Part shown: piece by piece, positions 39,079 through 50,330 of the stretch
Layout of the letters: each line of letters starts with the position of its first letter
How positions within the stretch are numbered: the first letter of the stretch is position 1
From: an uncultured Methanosarcinales archaeon
GTDB taxonomy: Archaea; Nanobdellota; Nanobdellia; Woesearchaeales; CAYZNE01
DNA length: 64,000 bases
Direction: 5' to 3'
Assembly: GCA_964405295.1 (NCBI GenBank)
Contig: CAYONI010000001.1
Span: forward strand, 179,608 to 243,607
Notes under the pieces: generated by a model
The model's database searches: none
What the model was told of the DNA's origin: nothing
Seen by the model: the letters and a program-made list of their open reading frames with translations, nothing else
Made by a program: the position numbers and the translations under genes

Positions 39079-39684
39079 GTGACACAAGAACTTATTCAAG
39101 AGGGTGCAGAAGCTAAAATCTTTAAAAAGATAGAGGGTAATGTAACCACAATTATCAAACAGAGAATTAATAAAAAGTATAGAATTGAAGCTATTAATAA
39201 ACTTTTAATTCCTCCTAGAACTCGGAGAGAGGTTAAAGTAATAACTAAGTTGAAAGAACTAAAAATAAATGTTCCAGAAATAATCTCCACAAACAAGAAA
39301 GATATTATTGAGATGGAGTTTATAGAAGGAAATAAAATAAGAGATATCTTAGACAACCAAATTAACATAGCAGAAGAAATAGGCACAACTCTTGCACTCA
39401 TGCATGACAACAACATAGTTCATGGCGATTTAACAACATCCAATATGATTTTTAATAACAAACTATACTTTATAGATTTTGGACTAAGTCTATTCTCACA
39501 AAAATTAGAAGATAAAGCAGTCGACATTCACTTATTTAAACAGGCATTAGAAAGCAAACATCATAAAATATATGAACAAGCTTACAAATTATTTATTAAA
39601 GGTTACAAAAAGAGCAAAAATTATAAAGAGGTGGCTGAAAGATTAAAAAAGGTTGAGAGTAGAGGAAGAAATATTAATAAATAG
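39079..39684 (+). CDS. bud32: KEOPS kinase Bud32
   Basis: GAEA, HGDLTTSN, IDFGL, EDKAVD, RGR. Confidence 0.95.
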   Translation: MTQELIQEGAEAKIFKKIEGNVTTIIKQRINKKYRIEAINKLLIPPRTRREVKVITKLKELKINVPEIISTNKKDIIEMEFIEGNKIRDILDNQINIAEEIGTTLALMHDNNIVHGDLTTSNMIFNNKLYFIDFGLSLFSQKLEDKAVDIHLFKQALESKHHKIYEQAYKLFIKGYKKSKNYKEVAERLKKVESRGRNINK

Positions 39685-39692
39685 GCCACAAA

Positions 39693-41537
39693 ATGAGAAA
39701 AAAAATAATAATTACAATTTTAATATTCATTATATTACTAGCATCTTCTGCTTATGCCACCACCTCACACATCTATCTTCTTAGTGTAGCAGATATTGAA
39801 AACGAAACTCAAGGCAGAATTGCAGATCTCAATCTAGAGATTACACCAGGAAAAGGGAGAGTTTTTTTTCAATCTTATCCCCTTAGTCAAATTGATACAC
39901 AAATAAGTACAAGATTTGCAAAACAATATGCCTGTAACTTCTTAGATATTGATTGTTCTAACTTAGATTTCTTTTACACAATATCATCAACTGGAGCACT
40001 TGTTGGAGGACCAAGTGCAGGCGCAGCAATTACTGTACTTACTATTGCAACTTTAGATAATGTAAATATAAGACAAGATGTTATAATGACAGGGACGATT
40101 AATTCAGCTGGGATGATTGGGCCTGTTGGAGGAACAAAAGCTAAGATTGAAGCAGCAGAAACAAACGGTTTTATAAAAGTTTTAATACCAAAATGGTCAA
40201 ATCTTGATGAAGAAAAAAATAATTTTAGTCTCTTAATTAATGATACAGATGAGAACTTTACTACAGCAAACTATAATATAAACAGTTACTTAAGCATCAA
40301 TCCAGTTGAAATAATAAGTGTTAATCACATAACAGAAGCATTATATCATTTTACAGATAAGAATTATTCAAAAAACAAAAAATTCGAAACACCTGATAAA
40401 TATCAGAATACTATGGATAGATTCTCAGAATTACTATGCAACAAAACAGAAAAATTACAAAAAGAAGCTAACTTATCATTAAAAGATATAAATTATAGTT
40501 CTGAAAGTGGAAAAATAGATCAACTTGTCAATTCACTAATAGCAAACTTTACAAATAATACTTTTGATGAATACACTGCAACCAGAAGGCTTGTTGATGC
40601 ATATACAAACTATAATAACTCTAGAAATGCACTAAATTTAAATAAATCTTATTCAGGTGCAAGCTTTTGTTTCGCAACAAACGTTATTTTAAGAGAAATA
40701 ATCTTAGCATCAGAAGACAATGAATCATTAAATAGAATAAATAATGAAACAACTCAAGAAGTTGCAAATTTTGTAGAAGAAATAAAAAATCGGGAAATAG
40801 ATTCTATTATAAAATTGCAAACTAAACAAATTGTTCTTGAAAGATTATCTGATGCAGAAAAATTATTAGAAGGTGAACAAACGCCTGCTAATCTTGGTTA
40901 TGCAATAGAGCGTTTGTATAGTGCAAGAGTTTGGTATGAATTCTTTGATATTGAAACAAAAAAAGAAAAAATTGACAAGGAACTATTGGATAATATTTGT
41001 AAAACAAAAATAATGGAAACACAAGAAAGAATTACATATCTTTCAACAATAATTCCAAACGGTTTTTCTGATCTCAAAGACAGTGTGTCTGAGGCAGATG
41101 ATCTTCTTGAAAATGGAAATCCTGAAGCATGCATCTATATCGCATCATTAGCAAAAGCTCAAGCAAATATGGTTTTAACAACTGCATATTTACATGAAAT
41201 AAATATGACTGAATTTTTTTATGATAAAAAAGAAATTGTTAGTAATTTAATTGCCAGTGAACTTAATCAAGATGTATTCCCAATTGCAGGCTTAAGTTAT
41301 CTTGAATATTCTGAATCGCTAAAAGATTTAGATCTAACATCTGCATTACTCTACCTCGAGTATGCATCTGAACTTAGCAATCTTAGAATGTATTTTCCTA
41401 AAAATAACAAATTTAATACTATAAGATTTTATTTTGAGAATACAACTAATATATTTATAAGCTTAGTAACAGGAATAATATTTGCATTTTTAATATTACT
41501 AACACATAAATTATTTAACAGAGCCAAAAAAAATTAA
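39693..41537 (+). CDS. exported Lon-like (S16) serine protease without ATPase domain
   Basis: Signal peptide, GPSAG, TGTI, GPVGG..AK dyad, C-terminal TM. Confidence 0.88.
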   Translation: MRKKIIITILIFIILLASSAYATTSHIYLLSVADIENETQGRIADLNLEITPGKGRVFFQSYPLSQIDTQISTRFAKQYACNFLDIDCSNLDFFYTISSTGALVGGPSAGAAITVLTIATLDNVNIRQDVIMTGTINSAGMIGPVGGTKAKIEAAETNGFIKVLIPKWSNLDEEKNNFSLLINDTDENFTTANYNINSYLSINPVEIISVNHITEALYHFTDKNYSKNKKFETPDKYQNTMDRFSELLCNKTEKLQKEANLSLKDINYSSESGKIDQLVNSLIANFTNNTFDEYTATRRLVDAYTNYNNSRNALNLNKSYSGASFCFATNVILREIILASEDNESLNRINNETTQEVANFVEEIKNREIDSIIKLQTKQIVLERLSDAEKLLEGEQTPANLGYAIERLYSARVWYEFFDIETKKEKIDKELLDNICKTKIMETQERITYLSTIIPNGFSDLKDSVSEADDLLENGNPEACIYIASLAKAQANMVLTTAYLHEINMTEFFYDKKEIVSNLIASELNQDVFPIAGLSYLEYSESLKDLDLTSALLYLEYASELSNLRMYFPKNNKFNTIRFYFENTTNIFISLVTGIIFAFLILLTHKLFNRAKKN

Positions 41538-42847
41538 GTTGTTAATAACTTTTGCCTAAGCTCCAGAAGTTTTCTGCCTTTATCTTCACCTTGTTCTAAG
41601 TATAGTTCAACTTTCTTATCATGAACAACCCTCATAGCAATATCTATAAAAGACCCCAACTTACGAGTATTCTTGATGTTCTTAAGATATGGGATCACAA
41701 TCTTAAAATCGGCTTGCTTATTTATAGATTCACCTAAATAAAGGTTTAATAACCCTATCAATACCTCTTTTAATTTATCATCAACCTTATCATCTTTAGA
41801 ATTTTTGTTCTTAAGATATACACCAGAATAATTTAGCAATGATTTTAAACCTAAAAAATTTAATATTTCATTTGAATCTTTTGAAAGCAACTCGCTTGAT
41901 TCTTCAAGAACATACATTATATCATCAATATTTAACTTATTTGAAATATGCTCAAGTATAAGTCTTTGATCTTTTATATAAATATCAAACAAAACAAATG
42001 ATCCCAAAAAAAGATCATCAACAAACCCTGTTCCTTCTTTGATAGTATCGGCGATTACATCATTTGATAATGCAAAATAAGCTAATGCACAATTTATTTC
42101 ATGTTTTATTACCCAATCAGACCTAGGACTTTTCTGTATCCCATATAGAATCTTAAAAATAGGTAATGCAAATTTTAATATTCCCCTATACTTTGAGCTC
42201 ATATCAATCTTTCCTAGTTTAGTTTCATAATCTACAAACACATCTTCTATACTTAATTCATTAAAAGGAACTTCCTTAAGCGTTGACCTATACTCTTTGA
42301 TTGTCTTCTCAACATCAAAAAATAATTCTTCAACAGTTATTAAATTATCCAAAACGCTCTTACCCACTTTCTTCGATTTAAGCAACTCATCATATAAGAA
42401 TGCAATAACACCTAATAATTCTTGACCCATAACTAGAGAAAATTCTTTATCATGTAGATTAATCTTATTTAATGAATCATAACCAACTTCTTTTTTTATT
42501 AATTCAATCTTATTCCCAAGAATTGTTTCGCACTCATGCAAGTTCTCTGATAGAAATTGATCAACACTTTCTTTAATATACTCAGAGAAAAAACTCATAA
42601 GTATTTCTTTTCGATATTTTCTAAGATCATTAATAATTAACAAACAAACATATAAATCATCAACAAAACTTTTTTCTTCTAAAACATTATCTGGTACAAC
42701 ATCTTCAGGTATAATAAAATATGATAGAGCCACATTAACATAAATCTTTGTTTTCCAATCAGATTTGCCACTAAGAGAAATCCTAACTAAAATTTTATAT
42801 AATAAGTTTAATTTATTACGAATACCTTGATCAACCATATGAATCAT
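41534..42847 (-). CDS. tandem DUF1232 (YkvA)-like protein
   Basis: Two copies of SDWxxK...ALxYF...DVxxD...FVDDL. Confidence 0.75.
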   Translation of the reverse strand: MIHMVDQGIRNKLNLLYKILVRISLSGKSDWKTKIYVNVALSYFIIPEDVVPDNVLEEKSFVDDLYVCLLIINDLRKYRKEILMSFFSEYIKESVDQFLSENLHECETILGNKIELIKKEVGYDSLNKINLHDKEFSLVMGQELLGVIAFLYDELLKSKKVGKSVLDNLITVEELFFDVEKTIKEYRSTLKEVPFNELSIEDVFVDYETKLGKIDMSSKYRGILKFALPIFKILYGIQKSPRSDWVIKHEINCALAYFALSNDVIADTIKEGTGFVDDLFLGSFVLFDIYIKDQRLILEHISNKLNIDDIMYVLEESSELLSKDSNEILNFLGLKSLLNYSGVYLKNKNSKDDKVDDKLKEVLIGLLNLYLGESINKQADFKIVIPYLKNIKNTRKLGSFIDIAMRVVHDKKVELYLEQGEDKGRKLLELRQKLLTT

Positions 42848-42922
42848 CCACTAAATACTTAATCTATTCTATATAAAGAAGGGTAATTTAAAAGTTTTGT
42901 CGTAAAAAAAATAAGAAATAAA

Positions 42923-44686
42923 CTACTTTTTAACTAATTCTTCAAGAATGGCTGCAAAAGCTTGTCTTGTTATAAGAACGCCGATAGTTACTCCGGCCAT
43001 AGTTGTTAAAGCAAAACCTTTAACTAATCCTGCACCTGCAAAATACAAAGGAAGCATTGCTACCATTGTAGTAGAGTATGCAGCAATAATTATGAATAAA
43101 GCTTTTTTGAATCTTTGTTTCCAAGTAAGATGTGATTCTCCAATAGCATTCTTCATTGTTTCGTCTGTTATAACTATTTGGTCATCTACACCTGTTCCGA
43201 CAGCAATTAAGATACCTGCGATTGCAGCAATATCAAGATTCCATCCTACAAGTGAAGCAAACCCTAACAAAATAAATACTTCTGAAAGCATTGTTATAAT
43301 AACAGGGATTGAAACTTTAAGATTTCTATATCTAATAAAGATTACAAGTGAAACACCTATAATTGCAAGTAACCCTACTAACATAATATTCTTAATAAAT
43401 TGTTCACCAAGAGTTGGACTAATAGTATCAGTTTTTACAATATTGATTTTAACAGGAAGACTTCCAGTTGTTAGAACAGTTTGAAGTTTTTTCATGCTAA
43501 CAATTGCATCGTTTGCAGCAGATTGTTCATCTATGCCACTTCCAGAACCACTAATCATTATCTCTGTTACAGCATTACCACCAAGTTCAGCACCAATTCT
43601 TAATTCATCAACAAACTCATCATCAAGATACAATGTAATTGATTCATTAAGATATTCCCTTCCGTTTTCAACAACAATAGGTAATTCTGCAGTAATATCT
43701 GCTTGTTTTTGCGCTGCCTCAGGAGTAAGTGAGATACCAAATCTAAATCTGCAAGTATATAAGTCGTCAGAAACAGGCCCGCAACTTCCGTATTCAAGCC
43801 CTGCTTGATCTCCTGCTCTAGCAACATAAGTTATATCTTTACCACCAATAAAAACAACTTCGCCACCGATCTTTGCTTCAAATTTTCCTTGCTGAGAAAT
43901 AAGATCACGAATCTCTTCACTATTAACTCCTGCAATTTCTACAAGTACATATTGATCGCCAGTTCCGGTAAAACCTTTTACTTCTCTAACAACAATATCT
44001 GTTAAACCATAAACATTTAATCTTTGTTTTATATTATCAATAACCAGCTCCATAACATCTGTATCGACATGCTCATCTAACATTAAAAGAACTCTTGTCC
44101 CTCCCTGAAGATCAAGACCCTTTTTAAGATTATTACTTGGTGCAGGATAAACACTAAAACCAATATCTGCTGGGCCAAGAACATTCTTTATTGTTTTATT
44201 TATAATTTCGGTACGCGTAACATTTACCGTTTCATTAATAGTTTCATTAAAAACTTGTTCTGTGATATCAATAGATTCAGTTTCGTTTAACTCAATAATT
44301 TCGTATTCAGGTTGAACTTTTAATCTATAAGTATTATAATCATTAATCAAACAACCAACAACAAAACAGAATTTTCTGTTAACTGTTTTTACACTAATTG
44401 ATTGGTTAATTTTAAGATCTTTTGTAAAGGTAAAGTAATCCTCTACAGTGTCTATATTTTTATTATTAAGTGCAACAATTACCTCTCTTGCCATTGGCTG
44501 AGTAGTTCTTGGGCTTGCAATTCCTGCAACTGCAGCTGCACTATCTTTAGAAATTGTTCTGATTGCAACACCTGTGTTTCCAACAGTTAAGAATTGTATT
44601 GCGAATAGAGAAAGAACTAATGCAATGATTAATATAATTACTCTTGTCTTTTTCAATATCCTTTTTGTTACACCATTACTGCCCAT
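42923..44686 (-). CDS. secD: protein translocase subunit SecD
   Basis: GLDLQGG, GSLP, GTGVDDQIVI, GFALT. Confidence 0.93.
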   Translation of the reverse strand: MGSNGVTKRILKKTRVIILIIALVLSLFAIQFLTVGNTGVAIRTISKDSAAAVAGIASPRTTQPMAREVIVALNNKNIDTVEDYFTFTKDLKINQSISVKTVNRKFCFVVGCLINDYNTYRLKVQPEYEIIELNETESIDITEQVFNETINETVNVTRTEIINKTIKNVLGPADIGFSVYPAPSNNLKKGLDLQGGTRVLLMLDEHVDTDVMELVIDNIKQRLNVYGLTDIVVREVKGFTGTGDQYVLVEIAGVNSEEIRDLISQQGKFEAKIGGEVVFIGGKDITYVARAGDQAGLEYGSCGPVSDDLYTCRFRFGISLTPEAAQKQADITAELPIVVENGREYLNESITLYLDDEFVDELRIGAELGGNAVTEIMISGSGSGIDEQSAANDAIVSMKKLQTVLTTGSLPVKINIVKTDTISPTLGEQFIKNIMLVGLLAIIGVSLVIFIRYRNLKVSIPVIITMLSEVFILLGFASLVGWNLDIAAIAGILIAVGTGVDDQIVITDETMKNAIGESHLTWKQRFKKALFIIIAAYSTTMVAMLPLYFAGAGLVKGFALTTMAGVTIGVLITRQAFAAILEELVKK

Positions 44687-45674
44687 TAGATTCACTCTTT
44701 ACCTTTGGTCTATCTTTTCTTTCTAAGTATAATCTTAGTATACCAACATTTTGTATCCATGTATTAATTATGTCAATAACTAAACCAATTAATAATATTG
44801 TAAATATTTGTTTTAATTCTGGTGATTGAGAAATCACGATTCCAACGATAACAGTTATTAAAGTTGTTGCATTCATAGTGATTCCTGTTTTTAGAGCGTC
44901 ATAAACCCTAGTCATTACACGGCCTTTTTTCTCTCTGATAACCCTTGTAGAAAGAAGAATGTCCGTATCAACAGAGTAACCAATCAGCATTAATAATGCT
45001 GCAATACCCGCAGTGCTAAGTTTTATTCCGAAAATATTAATTGCAGCAATTGTTACAACAATATCTGATAAAGCACAAAGTATAACTGCAAGACTTGGAC
45101 TTGCCTGTTTGAAGATAATAAATACTACAATTGACATAAAGATAAATGCGATTATAATTGCAAGAATTGCATCTTTAAAGAATGAATCCCCTAAACTTGA
45201 ACCCATTGTTGTAACAGATAAACTATCGCTGTCTTTTATTCCTGGCGAAAGCTTTTCAAGTTCATTTATTATTGCTTCACCATTATCAGTCATATCTGAT
45301 TCAATATTAAATCCCCTGGCAACACCTGCCTCAGATAAAACCCTTATACTAAATTGATTATCAGGAAGATTTGATTTTAGTTGATCTTCTATTACATCTA
45401 TATTTATATTACCTGCAACAACAGTAATTGCTGTTCCACCGCTTAAAGAAAATCCTTTGTTTACAAACTCACCTGTTTGTACAACGTTCATAATAATAAT
45501 AGTTATTGCAATTAATAAAATTGCGAAAGGAATAAAAATTAATTTTTTATATTCATCTTCATATATTCTTTGAAAAAATCCTCTTCCTTTATCTGATGAA
45601 ATTTTATTTTGTTCAACACTTGCATCAGAAAATTGTTTCTCTTTCAATAATTGCCTTCTTTCTTTTCTATTCAT
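44676..45674 (-). CDS. secF: protein translocase subunit SecF
   Basis: LSGGT, IGYSVDTDILL, NTWIQN. Confidence 0.93.
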   Translation of the reverse strand: MNRKERRQLLKEKQFSDASVEQNKISSDKGRGFFQRIYEDEYKKLIFIPFAILLIAITIIIMNVVQTGEFVNKGFSLSGGTAITVVAGNINIDVIEDQLKSNLPDNQFSIRVLSEAGVARGFNIESDMTDNGEAIINELEKLSPGIKDSDSLSVTTMGSSLGDSFFKDAILAIIIAFIFMSIVVFIIFKQASPSLAVILCALSDIVVTIAAINIFGIKLSTAGIAALLMLIGYSVDTDILLSTRVIREKKGRVMTRVYDALKTGITMNATTLITVIVGIVISQSPELKQIFTILLIGLVIDIINTWIQNVGILRLYLERKDRPKVKSESNGQ

Positions 45675-45719
45675 CTTGTTATTTGAATTGTTGTAATATT
45701 TTATTTATAAGTTTTATTA

Positions 45720-46082
45720 TTAGAATTCATCTAAATCTTTTAACTTATCAAGATATCCATTTTTTTTCAACCAATTTATTTGTATTGGCCTATATTTAAA
45801 TAAAATATCCCCTTTTTCATCTCCGCCGAACTCCCAAGGTTCAACAAGAATAGTGTCTCCTTCTCTAACCCATAAATGTCTTTTTAATCTTCCAGGAATT
45901 CTACAAACCCTAGTATTGCCATCAATACACCTTACTTTTGCTCTGCTACCACCAAGTCTTTGCTCTAAAATACCTATAACTTCTTTGTCTCTTGGAGTCC
46001 TAACTCGGAATACTTCTTCTTCAGAATTGTTACCTTTCTTACCTTTTCTGAAAGGCTTTTTTTTCTTTTTAACAAATGCCAT
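45720..46082 (-). CDS. eif1a: translation initiation factor aIF-1A
   Basis: LGG..VRC.DG..R.CRIPGR, WVREGD. Confidence 0.96.
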   Translation of the reverse strand: MAFVKKKKKPFRKGKKGNNSEEEVFRVRTPRDKEVIGILEQRLGGSRAKVRCIDGNTRVCRIPGRLKRHLWVREGDTILVEPWEFGGDEKGDILFKYRPIQINWLKKNGYLDKLKDLDEF

Positions 46083-46137
46083 CTAAAAAACAAGAAAAAG
46101 AACTGCATTTAAAAATGTTGTTGGTAAAAAGAAGAAA

Positions 46138-46548
46138 TTATTTCTTCTTACTCTTCTTAGGTTTTTTCATCTTCTTTGTGATTGCAAGTTTATGATTGCA
46201 TTTTTCACAAAAGAAAATTATTGCTTTTGTTCCCATGAAGGATTTTCTTTTAAATGGAACTTGAATTGCGCCATCATTTTTACATTCAGGGCAAGTATAT
46301 TCAATATTACACATTAATGTTTCTTCATATTCTTCTTTAGGGATAGTATAACCACACTCATTACATTGATATTCTTTTGCTCTTATCTTTGGCCTTCCTG
46401 TTTTAGGATCTTTTGGTTTTGCAATTAATCCTTTTTTGCATTTAGGACAAAGCTCTTTAAAAACCCAAGCTCTTGCTTTAAAACCTTCATGTTCTCTGAT
46501 TGTCATATATAATAATTCATCCATCGATTCTGGTTGTTTTAATTCCAT
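46138..46548 (-). CDS. multi Zn-ribbon hypothetical protein
   Basis: CPKC, CNEC, CPEC, CEKC; GAGGT SD. Confidence 0.8.
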   Translation of the reverse strand: MELKQPESMDELLYMTIREHEGFKARAWVFKELCPKCKKGLIAKPKDPKTGRPKIRAKEYQCNECGYTIPKEEYEETLMCNIEYTCPECKNDGAIQVPFKRKSFMGTKAIIFFCEKCNHKLAITKKMKKPKKSKKK

Positions 46549-46798
46549 ATTACTTACCTCACTATTTTATAACTAAATTTAACCAATATTTTACTATGTA
46601 AAACCAGGTTATATATAATCTTTATGTTACCATTATATAATAACTTGAAATCAATTCTTTAAAACAAAAAACCCTGCAATAAACGAGGGAAGTTTTAAAC
46701 ATAAAAACCCAAAAGCTTTTTAAATACTCTCTAATTCCTTCACTTAAATTAATAAATGCAATTTATTTAAAAAAAGCGGAGGCTAGGGTAAATATAAA

Positions 46799-48100
46799 AT
46801 GGCAGATAAAAAACCACACATAAACTTAGTATTTATCGGACACGTTGATCACGGTAAATCAACTACAGTCGGAAGATTATTGTTTGATACAGGAAATGTA
46901 TCAGAACAGCAAATGAGAAAATTCAAAGAGAAAGCAGCAGAGCTAGGAAAATCTGGATTTGAATTCGCATATGTTATGGACAACTTAAAAGAAGAGCAAG
47001 AAAGAGGAATTACTATTGATCTTGCACACAAAAAGTTTGAAACTGACAAATACTACTTTACTATTATTGACGCACCAGGACACAAGGACTTTATTAAGAA
47101 CATGATTACTGGAGCTTCACAAGCTGATGCAGCTGTTGTAGTTGTTGCAGCAAATGATGGTGTAAACGCACAAACTAAAGAACATATTTTCTTATCAAGA
47201 ACTCTTGGTGTTGGCCAAATTATTATTTCTATTAATAAAATGGATATCAAAGGTGTTGAATATTCTGAAGAAAAATATAATAAAGTTAAGGAAGAAGTTT
47301 CTGCTTTGTTAAAGAGTGTTGGGTATAATCCAGAAGAAATCACTTTTGTTGCAGCATCAGCTCAACTTGGAGATAATGTTGCTAAGAAATCTGATAAAAT
47401 GGATTGGTATAAAGGACCAATTTTATTAGACGCAATTAACAGCTTAAAGGCCCCAGAAAAACCAACTAATTTACCGTTTAGAATGCCTGTTCAAGATGTA
47501 TACAACATTACAGGTATAGGTGTTGTTCCTGTTGGAAGAGTTGAATCAGGAATCCTAAAACCAGGAGACAAATTAATTGCAATGCCTGGAAGAGAAGGAA
47601 CTGGTGTTAGTGGTGAATGTAAAACAATCGAAATGCATCATGAACAAATCAAGGAAGCAATTCCTGGAGACAACGTTGGTCTTTCAGTTAGAGGCTTTGG
47701 TAAAAAAGACTTAACAAGAGGAGATGTTATTGGACATCCTAATAACCCACCTACTGTTGTTACTGAATTTACTGCACAAATTGTTGTATTAAATCATCCT
47801 AGTGTTATGACTGTTGGTTACACACCTGTATTCCATATTCACACAGCACAGGTTGCTTGTCAAATTGTAGCAATTGAGAAAAAACTTAATCCTGCAACTG
47901 GAGAAGTTCTTGAAGAAAACCCTGACTTTATTAAGAATGGGGATGCAGCTATTGTTAGAATTAAACCTACTGTAGCATTAGTAATCGAAAAGAAGAACGA
48001 CATTCCTCCATTATCAAGATTTGCAATCAGAGATTCTGGTGCAACTGTTGCAGCAGGTATGTGTATCGATTTAGTTAAAAAAGATATGACTAAGAAGTAA
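46799..48100 (+). CDS. tuf: elongation factor aEF-1 alpha
   Basis: [18 protein letters not shown]. Confidence 0.98.
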   Translation: MADKKPHINLVFIGHVDHGKSTTVGRLLFDTGNVSEQQMRKFKEKAAELGKSGFEFAYVMDNLKEEQERGITIDLAHKKFETDKYYFTIIDAPGHKDFIKNMITGASQADAAVVVVAANDGVNAQTKEHIFLSRTLGVGQIIISINKMDIKGVEYSEEKYNKVKEEVSALLKSVGYNPEEITFVAASAQLGDNVAKKSDKMDWYKGPILLDAINSLKAPEKPTNLPFRMPVQDVYNITGIGVVPVGRVESGILKPGDKLIAMPGREGTGVSGECKTIEMHHEQIKEAIPGDNVGLSVRGFGKKDLTRGDVIGHPNNPPTVVTEFTAQIVVLNHPSVMTVGYTPVFHIHTAQVACQIVAIEKKLNPATGEVLEENPDFIKNGDAAIVRIKPTVALVIEKKNDIPPLSRFAIRDSGATVAAGMCIDLVKKDMTKK

Positions 48101-48187
48101 ATTTTTACTTCATTTTTATTTTTTTAAATTCAGAGATTATTAGTCCAATTCTCTGATATTTTATTAAATTTTAGGAAGGAAATAACC

Positions 48188-48499
48188 ATGCAAAAAGCAA
48201 GAATAAAACTAGCAAGCACAGATATAGACAAGATAAACTCTGTATGTAAATATATCAAGGATATTGTGGATAAAACTGGAGTTTTGATGAAAGGGCCAAT
48301 CCCTTTACCAACTAAGAAACTTAAAATTACAACAAGAAAAAGTCCTTGTGGTAATGGTAAAGCAACTTGGGATCGATTCGAAATGAGAGTCTACAAAAGA
48401 CTTATTGACCTAGGTATTGATGAGAGAACACTAAGATTGGTTATGAGAGTACCGATTCCTGAAGGTTTAAGCATCGAGATTGAAATGATCAACAATTAA
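48188..48499 (+). CDS. rps10: 30S ribosomal protein S10
   Basis: [19 protein letters not shown]. Confidence 0.97.
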   Translation: MQKARIKLASTDIDKINSVCKYIKDIVDKTGVLMKGPIPLPTKKLKITTRKSPCGNGKATWDRFEMRVYKRLIDLGIDERTLRLVMRVPIPEGLSIEIEMINN

Positions 48500-48537
48500 A
48501 ATTTCTTAATTTTTTTTTACAAACTTTTTCTATTTAA

Positions 48538-49302
48538 TTAAACTCTAAATAACTTTGTCTCTTGATATCTATTTGATACTGTAAGCTTTTTAGGCTTAGC
48601 TTTGGACTTTTTTAGATTAAGATACATATTTTTATAAGCAAGTTCTTCTGTATTATTATTTAAACTCAAATGTGCAAGAACCAAATTATTTAATTTGCTT
48701 GCATTCTCTAATGCTAACAATGAAGCTTGGTGATTACTTAAATGCCCAACATTAGAAGCAATTCTTCGCTTTAAAAATATAGGGTAACGCCCATTCTGTA
48801 ACATATCTTCATCATGGTTGCTCTCCAGAATAATTGAATCAGCATCTTTAACTGCACCTATGACATTACTACAAGGCTTACCTATATCTGTCAATACTGC
48901 GAGAGAATTACTTCCATGAACTATAAAAGAAACAGGATCTTCTGCATCATGACTTTTACTAAATGCGTTTATTTCAAATCCTACTCTCCTAATTGTCTCA
49001 TTATTCTTTATAAAATTAACTTGATCTTTATCGAGTGTTGTTCTTGCATTCAGAAATGTCTTTTTTGTAATAAATATTTCTGCATCTGTTTTCTTTTTTA
49101 GAACATCTAGACCTTTTATGTGGTCTCTATGCTCATGAGTTATAAATATTGAATCAATCTTTCTTGGATTTAATTTTAGATTTTCTAATCTTAAGAATGT
49201 TTGTTTGCAAGATATTCCTGCATCTATTAATATTAGTTTCTTGTTTTTTTCAATAACAAAGCAATTTCCTGATGAACCTGATGCTAATGCTGCGAATCTC
49301 AT
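48538..49302 (-). CDS. MBL-fold metallo-hydrolase (YycJ/WalJ-like)
   Basis: SGSSGN, DAG, THEHRDH, ESNHD, GHLSN; ATGA-coupled to kae1. Confidence 0.9.
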   Translation of the reverse strand: MRFAALASGSSGNCFVIEKNKKLILIDAGISCKQTFLRLENLKLNPRKIDSIFITHEHRDHIKGLDVLKKKTDAEIFITKKTFLNARTTLDKDQVNFIKNNETIRRVGFEINAFSKSHDAEDPVSFIVHGSNSLAVLTDIGKPCSNVIGAVKDADSIILESNHDEDMLQNGRYPIFLKRRIASNVGHLSNHQASLLALENASKLNNLVLAHLSLNNNTEELAYKNMYLNLKKSKAKPKKLTVSNRYQETKLFRV

Positions 49303-50291
49303 TCTTCTCTCCAACTAACAACAACCTCATCTGTTCTTTCATAGGGTTTGACAATACTGTCTGCCATAGATGTAGAAACACCTGCATTCAACATCAATCC
49401 ACCAGTTAGAGCAATCATTGCTGCATTATCCAGGTTATATTGATTTTCGAGAATATAACACTTTATTCCTCTTTCTTTTGCAAGTATCTTTGCCATTTCT
49501 TGTAACCGAGAATTGCATGCAACTCCCCCACCAAGAAGTATCTCTTTTTTGCCTGTGTGAGCAATTGCTCTTTCTGTTACTTCCATGAGCATTGCAAAAA
49601 CAGTTTCTTGTGCAGAATAACATAAATCTTTTAATTCATATTCTTTTGATTGCAATTTTTGTCGAAGATTGGTTAGTATTCCACCGAATACCAAATCCAT
49701 TCCTTTAACATTATATGGGAGTTCAATAAAATTATTTGAGCCCTTTGCAAGTTTATCTATCTTTGGTCCTGCAGGAAATCCTAACCCCGCATATCTACCA
49801 AAACTATCTAAAAAGTTTCCAATACCCACATCCAAGGTTTCACCAAATATTCTGTATTTATGCTCATCGTAGGCAACTATTTGTGTGTTTGCACCTGAAG
49901 CATAAACAAGTATTGGATCTTTTGCACCTAATAGAACTCTTCCAACTTCTAGATGCGCAATACAATGATTAACACCTATTAATTGTTTACTTAATAATAA
50001 ATGCAAACTTCGTGCAAAGGTTGCACCAATTCTTAGAGCAGGCCCAAGGCCTGGACTTTGAGAAAAAGCTATTGCATCAATATTTTTACTAGAAATATTT
50101 GTATCAACTAATGCTTTTTGAAATAAATCTATGAAAACTTTTAGATGATGCTCACCAACTTTAAACGGGATCATTCCACCTTCTTCTGTTGTGTAAGAAC
50201 CTCTAAGATTGCACAAAACTTTCTTGCCCTGAGTGATTGCAATCCCAAAAGTGTGTGCAGTACTCTCTATTCCTAAAATAATTTTGTCCAT
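49299..50291 (-). CDS. kae1: t6A threonylcarbamoyltransferase Kae1
   Basis: GIESTAH, HCIAH, SGANT, GETLD, GGVACN, DNAAMIA. Confidence 0.96.
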   Translation of the reverse strand: MDKIILGIESTAHTFGIAITQGKKVLCNLRGSYTTEEGGMIPFKVGEHHLKVFIDLFQKALVDTNISSKNIDAIAFSQSPGLGPALRIGATFARSLHLLLSKQLIGVNHCIAHLEVGRVLLGAKDPILVYASGANTQIVAYDEHKYRIFGETLDVGIGNFLDSFGRYAGLGFPAGPKIDKLAKGSNNFIELPYNVKGMDLVFGGILTNLRQKLQSKEYELKDLCYSAQETVFAMLMEVTERAIAHTGKKEILLGGGVACNSRLQEMAKILAKERGIKCYILENQYNLDNAAMIALTGGLMLNAGVSTSMADSIVKPYERTDEVVVSWREE

Positions 50292-50330
50292 AAGAAAGTA
50301 AAAGAATTAATTGTTTTTAATACTTTTGCA

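Noticed and set aside
42948-43808. Plus-strand ORFs of 178 and 104 aa
   Set aside because: Antisense to secD. The same applies to the many short S/F/L-rich shadow ORFs in the track.
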